Part shown: positions 18,384 through 28,435 of the stretch, one piece after another
Position numbering within the stretch: the first letter of the stretch is position 1
Layout: every line of letters begins with the position of its first letter
Notes under the pieces: model-generated
The model's database searches: none
What the model saw: only the letters and a program-made list of their open reading frames with translations
Told to the model about the DNA's origin: nothing
Source: Candidatus Latescibacterota bacterium
GTDB taxonomy: Bacteria > Latescibacterota > UBA2968 > UBA8231
Length of the DNA stretch: 64,000 nt
Direction: 5' to 3'
NCBI GenBank assembly: GCA_965221775.1
Contig: CBDCSU010000005.1
Span: 576,001 to 640,000 of the forward strand
Translations under genes and position numbers: made by a program

Positions 18384-18887
18384 TCAGGCCGACGGCTGCG
18401 ACTGCGGCAGACGTCCGATGAAGTCGTCGGCGAGCTTGCGGTTGCGCTCGCCATCGAGCTCGGCGTCGAGGATGGCGCCGGCGGCCTGCACGGCCATGTC
18501 GGCCGCCGCCTCGCGCAACTCGATCAGGGCCGCTCGCTTCTCCGCCTCGATGCTCTCGGATGCCCGGTCGGCGGTGCGCTGCGCCTCCTGGCGGGCCTCC
18601 TCGACGATGCGCGCGCCCACCTGCTCGGCGGCCTCCCGCGCCTCGGACACGATGCGCCGCGCCTCGGACTCGGCCCCGGCCAGCCGCTCCTCGTGCTCGG
18701 CCAGCCGGGCCTCGGCCTCCTGGCGGGCCCGGTCGGCGCTCTCGAGAGACTCGCGGATGCGGTTCTCGCGCTCGTCCAGGGCCGCCAGCAGCGGACCCCA
18801 CACCTTGGCCCTGAGGATGAGGAGCACCACCAGGAAGGTGATGATCGTCCACAGGATGAGACCCGGATGTGGGCTGAGCAGATCCAT
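18384..18887 (-). CDS. atpF: ATP synthase Fo subunit b
   Basis: N-terminal TM ([11 protein letters not shown]) followed by a coiled coil. Confidence 0.93.
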   Translation of the reverse strand: MDLLSPHPGLILWTIITFLVVLLILRAKVWGPLLAALDERENRIRESLESADRARQEAEARLAEHEERLAGAESEARRIVSEAREAAEQVGARIVEEARQEAQRTADRASESIEAEKRAALIELREAAADMAVQAAGAILDAELDGERNRKLADDFIGRLPQSQPSA

Positions 18888-18888
18888 T

Positions 18889-19125
<237 letters not shown>

Positions 19126-19980
19126 TCAGTGTTCCGGGTGGGCTGCCATGTTCACGAACAGGGCCGTGAGCAGCGTGAAGATGAAGGCCTGGATGAAGGC
19201 GATGAAGATCTCCAGCAGGTAGAGGGCCGCCGCCAGGACGACCGAGGCCGGGGCCACCCAGTAGCTCTTGAGCATGATGATCATGCCGAGGAAGACGAGG
19301 ATGGCGACATGGCCGGCGATCATGTTGGCGAAGAGGCGGATGCACAGGGCGAAGGGCTTGGCCAGCATGCCGATGATCTCGATGGGGACGAGGATGATCA
19401 GCAGCGGCGCCGGCAGGCCCGACGGCACCAGGTTCTTCCAGTGGCCGAAGAAGCCGTTGTTGAGGATGCCCGCCCCCTGGGTGACGGCGAAGGAGATCAG
19501 GGCGAGGGCGGCGGTGACGCTGATGTTCCCGGTCGCCGTGGCGCTGTACGGCAGCAGGCCGAAGAGGTTGCAGTACAGGATGAAGAAGAAGACGGTGAGC
19601 AGGAACGGCAGGTAGGCGCGGCCCCCCTCGCCCATGACGGGCAGAACGACCTCGTCGCGCAGGAACAGGACGATCGTCTCGAGGAGGTTGGCCAGGCCCG
19701 ACGGCACCAGGGCGGGGCGCCGGAAGCAGGCCAGCATGGTGAGGACGAGGAGCCCGCTGGCCAGCCACATGACCACCACGTGGCGGGTGATGGACATGTC
19801 GACGCCGAAGATCGGCTCGGCCAGTCCGAGCGCCTCGGACAGGCCGCGCAGGTCGATGTGACCGTCGAAGATGTGGTGGGCGTTGACGAAGGGCACTTCC
19901 AGGGAATCGTGGTCCAGGATGTGCCCGATTACGTCTACTTGATTGTCCGCGCCATCGGCGGCGGACGCCTCTCCTGCCAT
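19126..19980 (-). CDS. atpB: ATP synthase Fo subunit a
   Basis: NLFGLLP, TATGNI, IRLFANMIAGH, LEIFIAFIQAFIF. Confidence 0.96.
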   Translation of the reverse strand: MAGEASAADGADNQVDVIGHILDHDSLEVPFVNAHHIFDGHIDLRGLSEALGLAEPIFGVDMSITRHVVVMWLASGLLVLTMLACFRRPALVPSGLANLLETIVLFLRDEVVLPVMGEGGRAYLPFLLTVFFFILYCNLFGLLPYSATATGNISVTAALALISFAVTQGAGILNNGFFGHWKNLVPSGLPAPLLIILVPIEIIGMLAKPFALCIRLFANMIAGHVAILVFLGMIIMLKSYWVAPASVVLAAALYLLEIFIAFIQAFIFTLLTALFVNMAAHPEH

Positions 19981-20070
19981 CGACTCCCCCCCGGAGGTGG
20001 CCAGGGGTGCTGGGAACAGACTGAAGGAATTGTAGGACTTGGCGGTTGGCCCTGTTGCGCGGCCGGAAGG

Positions 20071-20099
20071 AAAATGTGTGTGCCCCGAGGTCTTGTCAA
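20071..20099 (-). promoter_or_regulatory. Putative internal sigma70 promoter for atpBEFHAGDC
   Basis: Minus strand perfect TTGACA-17 nt-CATTTT, in the AT-richer gap just after the atpI stop. Confidence 0.5.
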
Positions 20100-20104
20100 C
20101 AGCC

Positions 20105-20407
20105 TCAGGGCCGCGGGCGGCGGCCGGCGCCGCGGGCCACGAGGACCACCTCCAGGCCGAGGAAGACCAGGTAGGCCACGATCAGGCCGGCGGCGTAGCC
20201 GGTCCTGTGCGTATCCGTGAACCACAGCAGGATGAGGGAGACGGCGGCCACGAGCATCAGCCTGGCCACGGTGCCTCCGAGGATGGCGACCACCAGGGCC
20301 CGGGGGTGCCTCGCGCCGAGGCGCAGACCGACCCAGGCGATGACGGCACTTGCGGCGGCCACCAGGACTCCTGCGGCGGCGGCGATCCATGGATCCTGCA
20401 TGATCAT
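20105..20407 (-). CDS. atpI: ATP synthase protein I-like membrane protein
   Basis: About 100 aa, 3-4 TM segments, GGTVARLML motif, located before atpB. Confidence 0.65.
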   Translation of the reverse strand: MIMQDPWIAAAAGVLVAAASAVIAWVGLRLGARHPRALVVAILGGTVARLMLVAAVSLILLWFTDTHRTGYAAGLIVAYLVFLGLEVVLVARGAGRRPRP

Positions 20408-20652
20408 TCCCCTTTCTCGAGATCCTTCGGCCAGCCGCCGGAGACCAGGGTCCGGCACACCTGGTAGAACGCTGCCGCGGCACCGATGAGGGCTCCCGCG
20501 ATCAGCAGCCACGGCGACGTTCCGAGCCCGCCGTCGGCCCACCACCCGGCGGCGGCGCACAAGGCCACGGTCACCGCGAACTGCACGCCGAGGCCGGCCA
20601 GGCGGCCCAGCTCACGAAGCGCCCCGCGCTGCCCGCCGTCGCCGCGACTCAT
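20404..20652 (-). CDS. atpZ: AtpZ/AtpI-family (ATPase gene 1) small membrane protein
   Basis: GLGVQFAV...GWWADGGLGTSPWLLIAGALIG motif. ATG overlaps the nuoN stop. Confidence 0.8.
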   Translation of the reverse strand: MSRGDGGQRGALRELGRLAGLGVQFAVTVALCAAAGWWADGGLGTSPWLLIAGALIGAAAAFYQVCRTLVSGGWPKDLEKGE

Positions 20653-22055
20653 CGGAACCCCGCCGCCGCCCCGGCGACCTCCGCCGCGCGGGCGACGGGC
20701 GCCGGCCACAGGCCCAGCAGCAGCAGCAGCCCGGCGCTCAGGACCGCCGCCGAGAGACCCCCCGCATCCGGCGCCAATGCCTCCGGGGACTGCTCCCGCC
20801 CCCAGGCGACGCGGGCGGCGAAACGGAGGAATACCCAGGCGGTGAGCAGAGCGTTGGCCAGCAGCAGGACGAAGCCTGCCGACGAGGTCTCGGCCAGACC
20901 TGCGAGCAGGGCCGCACGGGAGGCGAAGGCGGCCGTGGGCGGCAGGCCGGCGAGGGCGATGAGGCAGACGCACAGGGCGGCGCCGGCCACCGGCTCCCGG
21001 CGGGCCAGTCCGGCCGCCGTCCCTGCCCGGCCGATGAGGCCGCTCACCGCCAGCCCTCCCCCGAGGGCGAGGACCGCCGCCGTGAGCTGCAGCCACAGGC
21101 CGGGAGACGGGCCGGGGCCCGCCGCGAGGGCCGCCAGGCCATACCCCGCCTGGATCACCACGCCGTACCCCAGCAGCCTGGTGAGCCTGCGCCGGGGCAG
21201 GGCCAGCAGGTTGCCGGCCGTCACCGTCACCAGCGAGGCGGCCAGCAGCAGCGACGGCAGGTCCGGACGGACCTCGGCCAGGACCTCCACCAGCCGGCCG
21301 CCGACCACCAGGGCCGGGACCACGGAGACAGCCACCGTCAGCATCACCGCCGAGGGTGCGCAGCCGGCGCCGATCTCGCCAACCCAGTAGTGGAAAGGCA
21401 CGGCCCCGGCGCGCACCGCGAGGCCCGTCAGCAGCAGACCACCCCCGACGACGGTCATCGCCGCGGATCCCGCGGCGGCGCCCCTCGCCAGGTGGTCCCA
21501 CTGGGAGGTACCGGCTCCCGCCCACAGGCAGGCGATGCCCAGGAGGGTCAACCCCGTGGCCGCGGCCATGGGACCGGCCTGGCGCAGGACGGCGCGGGCG
21601 GCGGCGGCGGGTCCGAGGGCGTTGCCGGCGATCAGACTCGCGGAGGCCAGCTCCAGACCGATGAACAGGACCACGAGATCCCGGGCCGAGACAGCCACCA
21701 TGGCGCCCAGGACGCCCAGGGCCGTCAGCACCCCGGCCGCCGCCCGGCTGCCGGCCGCGGCCGGTGAGCCCGCCATCAGCAGGCCGGCGAGCACGGCTCC
21801 CCCGAGGATCAGCAGGTCGGCGAAGGCAGCCACCGGGTCGGCGTACAGCAGTCCGTGCCGCCCCAGGGAGACGGGATCCCAGGCCTGCAGCGACAGGGAG
21901 AGGGCCACCAGAAGGCCCCCCAGGGTGAGAACGGCCGGCGCGCGGCCGGGGCGACGCGGCCAGAGCGCGGCGTCGAGCAGGGCCAGACCGATGGCCAGCA
22001 GTCCCAGGCTCGTCTCCGGCGCCAGGTCCGGGCCTGCCAGGTCCGTCCACCTCAC
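20649..22055 (-). CDS. nuoN: NADH-quinone oxidoreductase subunit N-like (highly divergent)
   Basis: LAPE, DLVVLFIGLEL, AVPFHYW, RLLGY...AGY, LAGLPPTAAF. GTG at 22055 overlaps the nuoM stop. Confidence 0.8.
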   Translation of the reverse strand: MRWTDLAGPDLAPETSLGLLAIGLALLDAALWPRRPGRAPAVLTLGGLLVALSLSLQAWDPVSLGRHGLLYADPVAAFADLLILGGAVLAGLLMAGSPAAAGSRAAAGVLTALGVLGAMVAVSARDLVVLFIGLELASASLIAGNALGPAAAARAVLRQAGPMAAATGLTLLGIACLWAGAGTSQWDHLARGAAAGSAAMTVVGGGLLLTGLAVRAGAVPFHYWVGEIGAGCAPSAVMLTVAVSVVPALVVGGRLVEVLAEVRPDLPSLLLAASLVTVTAGNLLALPRRRLTRLLGYGVVIQAGYGLAALAAGPGPSPGLWLQLTAAVLALGGGLAVSGLIGRAGTAAGLARREPVAGAALCVCLIALAGLPPTAAFASRAALLAGLAETSSAGFVLLLANALLTAWVFLRFAARVAWGREQSPEALAPDAGGLSAAVLSAGLLLLLGLWPAPVARAAEVAGAAAGFR

Positions 22056-23482
22056 GGCCGGAGGCCCTCGGCCGGCCCGGTGGATGTCGGGGAGCCCGCC
22101 ACCATGCGCTCGATGACCGGCCGGGCCCCGGATAACAGCGGCTCCGGGCGCAGACCGAATACCCCGGCGGTGGCGATGACCAGGGCCAGAACCCAGCCCA
22201 GGGCCCCGCGGCCGGACGCAGGCGGTCTCCTCGCCAGACCGACCACCGGATCGAGGAGCGCCAGCGCAAGGACTCCCGATGAGAGGATGAGGAGCCAGCC
22301 CAGGACCGGGTGGGCCGCCAGGACCCCCGCCATCAAGGTCAGCCAACCGGGCAGGGCCCCGCCCCCCGGGGCGGCGGCCACGGTCAGGCCGAGGGCCAGC
22401 CAGGCCCATGCGGTGCGCAGACCGCCGGCGCCCCGGTCCTCGATCCACAGGGCGAGAAGGAGCAGGGAGGCGCGCGGCAGGGCGATACCCGCGGCCAGGG
22501 CCGCGGCTCCGAGGGCCTGGAGGCTGCCGGGCGCGAAGACCCCGGCGGCCATCAGGGCTCCGGTGGAGGCCACGGCCAGGGCCGCCCGCCGGGACAGGCC
22601 GGGGCGCGGCTGGACAACCGCCAGCATCGCCGTCCACAGTGCGCTTGCGCCGGCCCACAGCCCCAGCCAGGGAGAGGCCGCCAGGGCTTCGGCCGGAAAC
22701 AGGGCCAGCCAGAATCGCAGCAGACCGAAAGCCCCCACCGCGCACCAGGCGCCGGAGATCAGGATCCTCCCGGAGAGGGCGCCGGAGGTGCACACCGGGA
22801 CCAGCCAGGTATGGAACGGCACGAGGGGGATCTGCATGGCCAGGGCCGCCGCCGCCAGGGCCGCCGCCGGGCCCCCGTGGGAGACGCCCGCGGCGGCGAG
22901 TTCGTCGACGAGGGTGCTGCCGCTCCCGGCGCCGCCCAGGGCCGCGGCGGCGGCCAGCATCAGGGAGCCGCTCGCCGCCCAGTGAGCGAAGCGGCGGCCG
23001 GCGCGCCCGCTGCCCGCTGCCCGGCCCAGGCCGAGGACCGCCGCCAGGGCCAGACCGGCGAGACCGTGGCCGGCGGCCGCCACCATCAGGTCCCGGGAGG
23101 TCAGCACCAGGGCCATCCCCCCGGCGCCGGTCAGGGCCAGGGCCAGCCGGGCCCGGCTGGGAGTGCCCCCGAAGCGGCCTTCCACGCACACCGCCAGCAG
23201 CAGCACCGCCGCCAGGGCCAGCAGGGCGTACCGGTTGAGGCCATCGACGGCCAGCGACAGCCCGGAGCCCGTGGTCGCCAGCCACGGGGCGGTAAACCCC
23301 CAGGAGAACTCCCGTCCGTGGGGGGCCGCCAGACATGCGAGGCCGGCGAGGAGCAGCAGACCCGCCGCGGCGGCGGTGGAGACCCTTCTTGCGGCGAGCC
23401 CCCGCAGCGGCGCCAGGGCGAGGCCCAGAGCCGCGCCCAGGGGCAGCAGGACGATGGACCAGGCCACGAAGGGGGCGGCCAC
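22052..23482 (-). CDS. nuoM: NADH-quinone oxidoreductase subunit M-like (highly divergent)
   Basis: PWL..G..LSLAVDGLN, IPLVPFHTWL, FGLLRF, GVFGLRP. Confidence 0.78.
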   Translation of the reverse strand: MAAPFVAWSIVLLPLGAALGLALAPLRGLAARRVSTAAAAGLLLLAGLACLAAPHGREFSWGFTAPWLATTGSGLSLAVDGLNRYALLALAAVLLLAVCVEGRFGGTPSRARLALALTGAGGMALVLTSRDLMVAAAGHGLAGLALAAVLGLGRAAGSGRAGRRFAHWAASGSLMLAAAAALGGAGSGSTLVDELAAAGVSHGGPAAALAAAALAMQIPLVPFHTWLVPVCTSGALSGRILISGAWCAVGAFGLLRFWLALFPAEALAASPWLGLWAGASALWTAMLAVVQPRPGLSRRAALAVASTGALMAAGVFAPGSLQALGAAALAAGIALPRASLLLLALWIEDRGAGGLRTAWAWLALGLTVAAAPGGGALPGWLTLMAGVLAAHPVLGWLLILSSGVLALALLDPVVGLARRPPASGRGALGWVLALVIATAGVFGLRPEPLLSGARPVIERMVAGSPTSTGPAEGLRP

Positions 23483-23483
23483 C

Positions 23484-25187
23484 TCAGCGGCCTCCCATGG
23501 ACCACAGGATCACCAGCACCACGCCCGCTGCCAGGGCCGCCGCCCAGAGCCGCCGACCGGCGTGCTCCACCCGCGCCAGGGTCCAGCCCGCTCCGCGGAG
23601 AACCAGGCCCAAGGCTCCCCAGGCGGCGCCGAGGACGGCGCCGTCGACGAAGGTCCACAGGCCCCGGCCCAGGGAGGTGGCCGCCACGGCCGCCCCCTGC
23701 TGCGCGGCGCCGGCGCCAAACCCGCCGGCGGCGAGCCGGCGCGGGGCCGAGGCAGGCCGGGAAGCCGGCTTCAGACCCCGGCGCCAGATCAGGGCCGCGA
23801 CTCCCAAGGCGCCGGCGTTGGCCGCGGCGGCCAATCCGACGCCGTCCATGGAGGGCGCTGGCAGGCGCAGCCAGGCGAGGGCCGGCAGAGCCGCCAAGAC
23901 CAGACCCGCCGAGACCGATCCGGCCGCGATCGGGAGAGCCGGCCGGACCACCTCCTTCGACTCGGCCGGTGGAGCCGCCCCTGGAAAGGGTGAGAGGGCG
24001 AGACGGCCCACGGAAAGGACCGCCAGGACAAATGGGCCCAGGGCGGCGGCCATCCCCGCGGGTCCGTAGCCGCCGTAGGCATGCTTCAGAAGGAGTGCCT
24101 GACCCCACAGCCCGGTGAGGGAGAGGCACGGGACCAGGACGGCGGCCAGGCACATCCACCGGGCCGCCGGCAGGGAGCGGCCCAGCCCGCCCAGATGGTC
24201 CAGGCGCTCCACCGCCGGAAGGGCGGCCCTGACGAGACCGGTACCCGCGGCCAGGCAGAGGCGGGCCCCAAGGGCCGCGCTCAGCACCAGCCATCCCGCG
24301 ATTGGATCGGCTGCGGCCGCCGCCGCCACCAACCCGGACTGGGCTACCGTAATCCAACCCTGGACCCGCTGCAGTCCGTAGCTTGCCAGTGCCGCCGCCG
24401 AGGCGGCGACGGCAGCCGCCAGGCCGACAACGAAGACCACCTCCTGCAGGGCACCGGCCAGAGGGCCGGCCCGGGTCAACAGGGATGCGCCGGCCACGGC
24501 CAGAACGCTCGCCTCGGGGGCGGAGGCCGGGCTCGCCGAGGCCTCCAGGATCCACTGGTGAAGAGGCCAGACGCCGAGGCCGATGACGGCCGCGAGGAGG
24601 AGCAGGCCGGCGGCCGGTTCCGGCCAGGGGTTGCCTTCGTGAAGGCCCCCTCCCGCCAGCGAGGCGGCGGCGGCGGCCATCAGGGCTACCGAACCGATGC
24701 GAGTCAGCAGCAGAAGGCGGCGGGCGCCGGCTTCGGAGACCTCCCCGGACCTGGCGGCCGTCACCAGGAGGGCGGCGACGGCGATCTCCCATCCCAGCAG
24801 CAGCGGCAGCCAGTCGGCGGCGCACGACAGCAGGGCCACTCCCACGGCGGCCACCGTGATCAGGGCCCGGTGGACCCCGTCGATGGCCGGCTGGGCCAGG
24901 GGATACAGCAGACCGACGACGGCGGCGCCCAGGGCAGCCGCCGCGGGCCCGTCGGCGCGCAGGTCGAACCCGAGGCTGGCGCCGCCCACTTCCATCCATG
25001 TACCGAAGACGAGACGGACGGGACCGGCGCTGACCGCTCCCCCTGCGAACCCGGCGGCGGCGAGGCATGCGAGGAGCCGGAGAGCGTGGGCCGGCCGCGG
25101 CCGTCCTGCAAGGTCGGCCGCGGCGGCTCCGGCGAAGGCCAGGAGGACGGCGGCGAGGGCCGCACCCAGAGTCGGCGCGTCGGTCAC
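23484..25187 (-). CDS. nuoL: NADH-quinone oxidoreductase subunit L-like (highly divergent)
   Basis: WMEVGG...FDLRAD, LLLGWE, TRIGS, WPLHQWI, LGGLGRSLP, FVDG. Confidence 0.75.
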   Translation of the reverse strand: MTDAPTLGAALAAVLLAFAGAAAADLAGRPRPAHALRLLACLAAAGFAGGAVSAGPVRLVFGTWMEVGGASLGFDLRADGPAAAALGAAVVGLLYPLAQPAIDGVHRALITVAAVGVALLSCAADWLPLLLGWEIAVAALLVTAARSGEVSEAGARRLLLLTRIGSVALMAAAAASLAGGGLHEGNPWPEPAAGLLLLAAVIGLGVWPLHQWILEASASPASAPEASVLAVAGASLLTRAGPLAGALQEVVFVVGLAAAVAASAAALASYGLQRVQGWITVAQSGLVAAAAAADPIAGWLVLSAALGARLCLAAGTGLVRAALPAVERLDHLGGLGRSLPAARWMCLAAVLVPCLSLTGLWGQALLLKHAYGGYGPAGMAAALGPFVLAVLSVGRLALSPFPGAAPPAESKEVVRPALPIAAGSVSAGLVLAALPALAWLRLPAPSMDGVGLAAAANAGALGVAALIWRRGLKPASRPASAPRRLAAGGFGAGAAQQGAAVAATSLGRGLWTFVDGAVLGAAWGALGLVLRGAGWTLARVEHAGRRLWAAALAAGVVLVILWSMGGR

Positions 25188-25456
25188 GGGTGGGGCGCCT
25201 CTCCTGACTTGTCGGCGGCCTCCCGGCGGACCAACGCCAGCACGAGGCCCGCCTGGACCCCCGCCGCGGCAACCGCGGCGACGGCCAGCACCCGCCCATC
25301 GGCGCCGAGGAGGGCCACCACGGCCATCACCCCGCCGAGGATCCCGACCTGCCCGGCCACCAGCGGCGCGAGGGCATGAGACCGGAGCAGGGCGGCCCCG
25401 ACGCCGGCGGCCAGGAGCAACGCGGCCAGCGCCAGGACCCATGCGGTCGCGGTCAC
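25184..25456 (-). CDS. nuoK: NADH-quinone oxidoreductase subunit K-like (highly divergent)
   Basis: 90 aa, 3 TM segments, LAALLLAAGVGAALLR, DGRV; located between J and L with GTGA overlaps. Confidence 0.65.
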   Translation of the reverse strand: MTATAWVLALAALLLAAGVGAALLRSHALAPLVAGQVGILGGVMAVVALLGADGRVLAVAAVAAAGVQAGLVLALVRREAADKSGEAPHP

Positions 25457-25905
25457 GAGGCCTCCATGCCGGGATCCGGCCGCCGACAGAGGGCGCCGAT
25501 CCCGACCACCGCCGAGAGCAGCAACAGTGCTCCGAGGACGACGGCCGGAACGCCGCTGCGCGGCGGCTCCGCGGGCGGGGGCGGTCCTGCCGCCGAGGCG
25601 GCGGCCAGGGCCGTGGCCAGGACCGCCCCCAGCCCCAGGACCACGATCGCCGACAGGAGCCGGGGCGGAGGGCTGGCGCCGCTGGCGGTCAGCGCCGCCG
25701 GCGACGAGGCCGCCGCCAGCCCCACCGCCGCCTGCACCAGGAGCACGGCGGCGGCGGTGAAGGCGTCGTGCAGGGCGGCGATGGCGGCCACCCCGGCCCC
25801 GGCGAGACCCAGGCAGACGCAGGCGCCGTGGGGCGAGCGCCAGCAGGCGGCGGCGAGGGCGCCCCCACCGGCGGCGGCGGTGGCGGCGAGAAGGATCAGC
25901 TCCAC
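25453..25905 (-). CDS. nuoJ: NADH-quinone oxidoreductase subunit J-like (highly divergent)
   Basis: RSPHGAC.CL (equivalent to NPVHSAL.L), LHDAFTAAAVLLVQ, LLLLSAVVGI.AL; operon position. Confidence 0.62.
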   Translation of the reverse strand: MELILLAATAAAGGGALAAACWRSPHGACVCLGLAGAGVAAIAALHDAFTAAAVLLVQAAVGLAAASSPAALTASGASPPPRLLSAIVVLGLGAVLATALAAASAAGPPPPAEPPRSGVPAVVLGALLLLSAVVGIGALCRRPDPGMEAS

Positions 25906-26828
25906 GGCAGCCACCCCGCGGAGCGGAGGACCGAGAGGGCGAGGTCGATCAGGGCGAGGGGGACGATGCGCGTCCAGGCCGCGCGCGCGAGCCCCGCGGG
26001 CGTGCCGTCCGACAGGCTGGACCCGAGGACCACGGCCGAGGCCAGCACCGCGGCGGCGGTCAGACCGGGCAGGATCTCCACCCAGCCGGCCGCCGCCGGC
26101 AGGCCGCCGCCGAAGAGGTGGTAGGCGAGGAGGGCGGCCGCCCCCATCTGCAGGTACCGCGACAGGGACAGCCACACCGGTGCCGTTCCGGAGGCCGGAC
26201 GCAGCCCCGCCCGGCGGCCGCCGAGCACCGATCCGGTGCAGCGGCAGAGGATGGCGAGGGCCCCGACCCAGGCCGCCGCCCCCGCCGGATGGGACCACAG
26301 GGGCCAGGCCCCCGGGGTGCGGGAGTACGCCGCCAGCACCGGACCGCCGTCGATGACCAGCGCCGCCGCCACCAGCAGAACCGCCAGGTGGCATCCGATG
26401 ATGGCCCCGGCGCCCGCCATCAGGGCCCGTTGCCCCTCGGCCCCGGCCAAGGCCGCCGGCAGCAGCCACGCCTGGACCGAGACCGCCAGCAGCGCCACCA
26501 GCAGCAGGGCCTGCACCGTTCCGCCCCCGGGGGCCACCCCCGGAAGAGACAGGCCTCCCACGCCAGCGCCGGGGGGCAGCAGAGCGACCAGGGCCAGAGC
26601 CGGCAGCAGGGCGGCGAAGGCGGCGGCCCCCGCTCCGGGGGCCGGCCTTCCCGATCGTGCCATCACCTTGGCGGCGTCGGCCACGGGACCGAGGAGGGGC
26701 GGACGGCGCAGACCGTTGACGCGGGCCAGCGCCGCACGCTCGACGATGGCGCTGACGAAGGCGAGACCGAGGGTACCGAGGAAGACGAGGAAGGCGTCGC
26801 CGGAGGAGATGTCGGCAGAGGAGGTCAC
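25896..26828 (-). CDS. nuoH: NADH-quinone oxidoreductase subunit H-like (highly divergent)
   Basis: VER...GPVADAAKV, C-terminal AWTRIVPLAL, about 8 TM segments. Confidence 0.72.
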   Translation of the reverse strand: MTSSADISSGDAFLVFLGTLGLAFVSAIVERAALARVNGLRRPPLLGPVADAAKVMARSGRPAPGAGAAAFAALLPALALVALLPPGAGVGGLSLPGVAPGGGTVQALLLVALLAVSVQAWLLPAALAGAEGQRALMAGAGAIIGCHLAVLLVAAALVIDGGPVLAAYSRTPGAWPLWSHPAGAAAWVGALAILCRCTGSVLGGRRAGLRPASGTAPVWLSLSRYLQMGAAALLAYHLFGGGLPAAAGWVEILPGLTAAAVLASAVVLGSSLSDGTPAGLARAAWTRIVPLALIDLALSVLRSAGWLPWS

Positions 26829-28435
26829 GGCCGGATTTCGGGATCGGCGGAGGGGACGAGGCCGCGGCGCTGCAGCCAGCTCGACCAGCCGCCGCCGAAG
26901 GCGGGCCCCGATGTCGGATGGTCATCGTCGTCGAGGGTTCGGTAGTCGAGGCCGGCGAAGGGTTTGCATCGAGTCCGGGCCAGCCGCGCGAAGACCTGGT
27001 CCGCCGAATCGCGGTTGGGACCGCCGTGCCAGAGGGCGCTGAGGATCCACAGGTCCGGTCTGGCGTCGCCGGGAGGCTCGACGGCGGAGCGGACCCGCCG
27101 CACCCGGCCGAGGCCATCGACGAAGGTGCCCTCCTTCTCGGTCCAGGCGCTCCCGCCCGCCAGGGCGATGGCGGCTCCGTCCACGAGCGGCGACGGGGTG
27201 AGGTCGTGGGCGATGAGCCGCGTCTCCGGACCCGGAAGCGGGCCCGGGCCCTCTCCGCACAGAGAGCCTCCCACGGCGTACACCACGTCGAGGCCTGCGG
27301 GCAGGTCGCCGGCCGGAAGCGGGGACGATCCCGACGCCCGGGCGACAGCCTGGACTCCGGCCGCGTTCGGACCCCTGGAGGCGCTGATCGTGAACCCTCC
27401 GGGAAAGAGGCGGTCTCCCTCGGGGTCCGCCGCCTCCCACGAGTAGACGGCCGCTCTCCACCGGTGGGCGAGCTGGATGAGCAGGAAGGCCTCCTCGTTG
27501 GTCAGGTAGGGGCTCAGGACCACCGCGGAGCGGCGCGCCTGCTCCATCTCTTCGGCAACGCCGGCCAGGGCCGTGTCCCAGGCCGTCTCCCCGCCCTCCC
27601 GGCGCGGAGCCAGCAGGCGTTCGACCTCCGGCTGCCAGCCGTAGCGGCCGTGATCGCACAGCCAGAAGCCGCCTTCGGGGTTCTCGGGCCGGGGCTTGAC
27701 CCTCCACACACGGCCGTCGTGCACGTCCACCCGGGTGGCGCAGCCGCTGGCGCAGCCGGCGCACACGCTCGACACCCCCGTCAGCCGCCACGGCGGCGGG
27801 GCCTCGCGTTCCCCGGGGTCGCTCAAGGCGCCTGCCGGGCACAGGTCGAGAAGGTTGCCCGCCATGGGCCCTGCGGCTTCCTCACCGGCACTGGCGGCGA
27901 TGCCGGCGCCCGCCCCGCTGCCTTCGACGGCCAGCACCGGCTCCCCGGAGACCTCCTCGCCGAAGCGGACACAGCGGGTGCACAGGATGCATCTGCGGCG
28001 GTCGAGGACGAGCCGCGGCCCGAGGACGAGACGCTCCGGCGCCTCCGGCGCCTCGGAAGGCGTTCGGCCGCCCCCGGCAACCCTCACCGCCTCCTGCAGC
28101 TCGCACTCGCCCGCCCGCTCGCAGACGGCGCAGTCCGCCGGATGGCGCAGCAGCAGGTCGTCGAGCACGCGCTCCCGGGCCTCCGCCGCTTCGGGCGCAT
28201 CGAGGGAGACCGACATCCCCCCGCCGACCCTGTGATTGCAGGTGGTGATCAGCTCCGGCCCCCCCGGCCCCTCCAGGGAGGCCAGGCACAGACGGCAGGA
28301 GGCCGGCGCCGAGAGGGCCGGATGGAAGCAGGGGTGCGGCAACGGGCGGCCAGCCGACAGCAGGGTCGTCAGGAGGTTCGCCCCCTCCCGAGCCTCCACG
28401 GCCTCCCCGTCCACGTGGATGGTGACGATGGCCAT
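26825..28435 (-). CDS. nuoG: NADH-quinone oxidoreductase subunit G-like (short form)
   Basis: C.HP..S...SCRLC...C (N1b), HPADCAVC....ECELQ (N5), CILCTRC...CP (N4), CAGCASGC...CD.GR (N7), EKEGTF. Confidence 0.88.
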   Translation of the reverse strand: MAIVTIHVDGEAVEAREGANLLTTLLSAGRPLPHPCFHPALSAPASCRLCLASLEGPGGPELITTCNHRVGGGMSVSLDAPEAAEARERVLDDLLLRHPADCAVCERAGECELQEAVRVAGGGRTPSEAPEAPERLVLGPRLVLDRRRCILCTRCVRFGEEVSGEPVLAVEGSGAGAGIAASAGEEAAGPMAGNLLDLCPAGALSDPGEREAPPPWRLTGVSSVCAGCASGCATRVDVHDGRVWRVKPRPENPEGGFWLCDHGRYGWQPEVERLLAPRREGGETAWDTALAGVAEEMEQARRSAVVLSPYLTNEEAFLLIQLAHRWRAAVYSWEAADPEGDRLFPGGFTISASRGPNAAGVQAVARASGSSPLPAGDLPAGLDVVYAVGGSLCGEGPGPLPGPETRLIAHDLTPSPLVDGAAIALAGGSAWTEKEGTFVDGLGRVRRVRSAVEPPGDARPDLWILSALWHGGPNRDSADQVFARLARTRCKPFAGLDYRTLDDDDHPTSGPAFGGGWSSWLQRRGLVPSADPEIRP

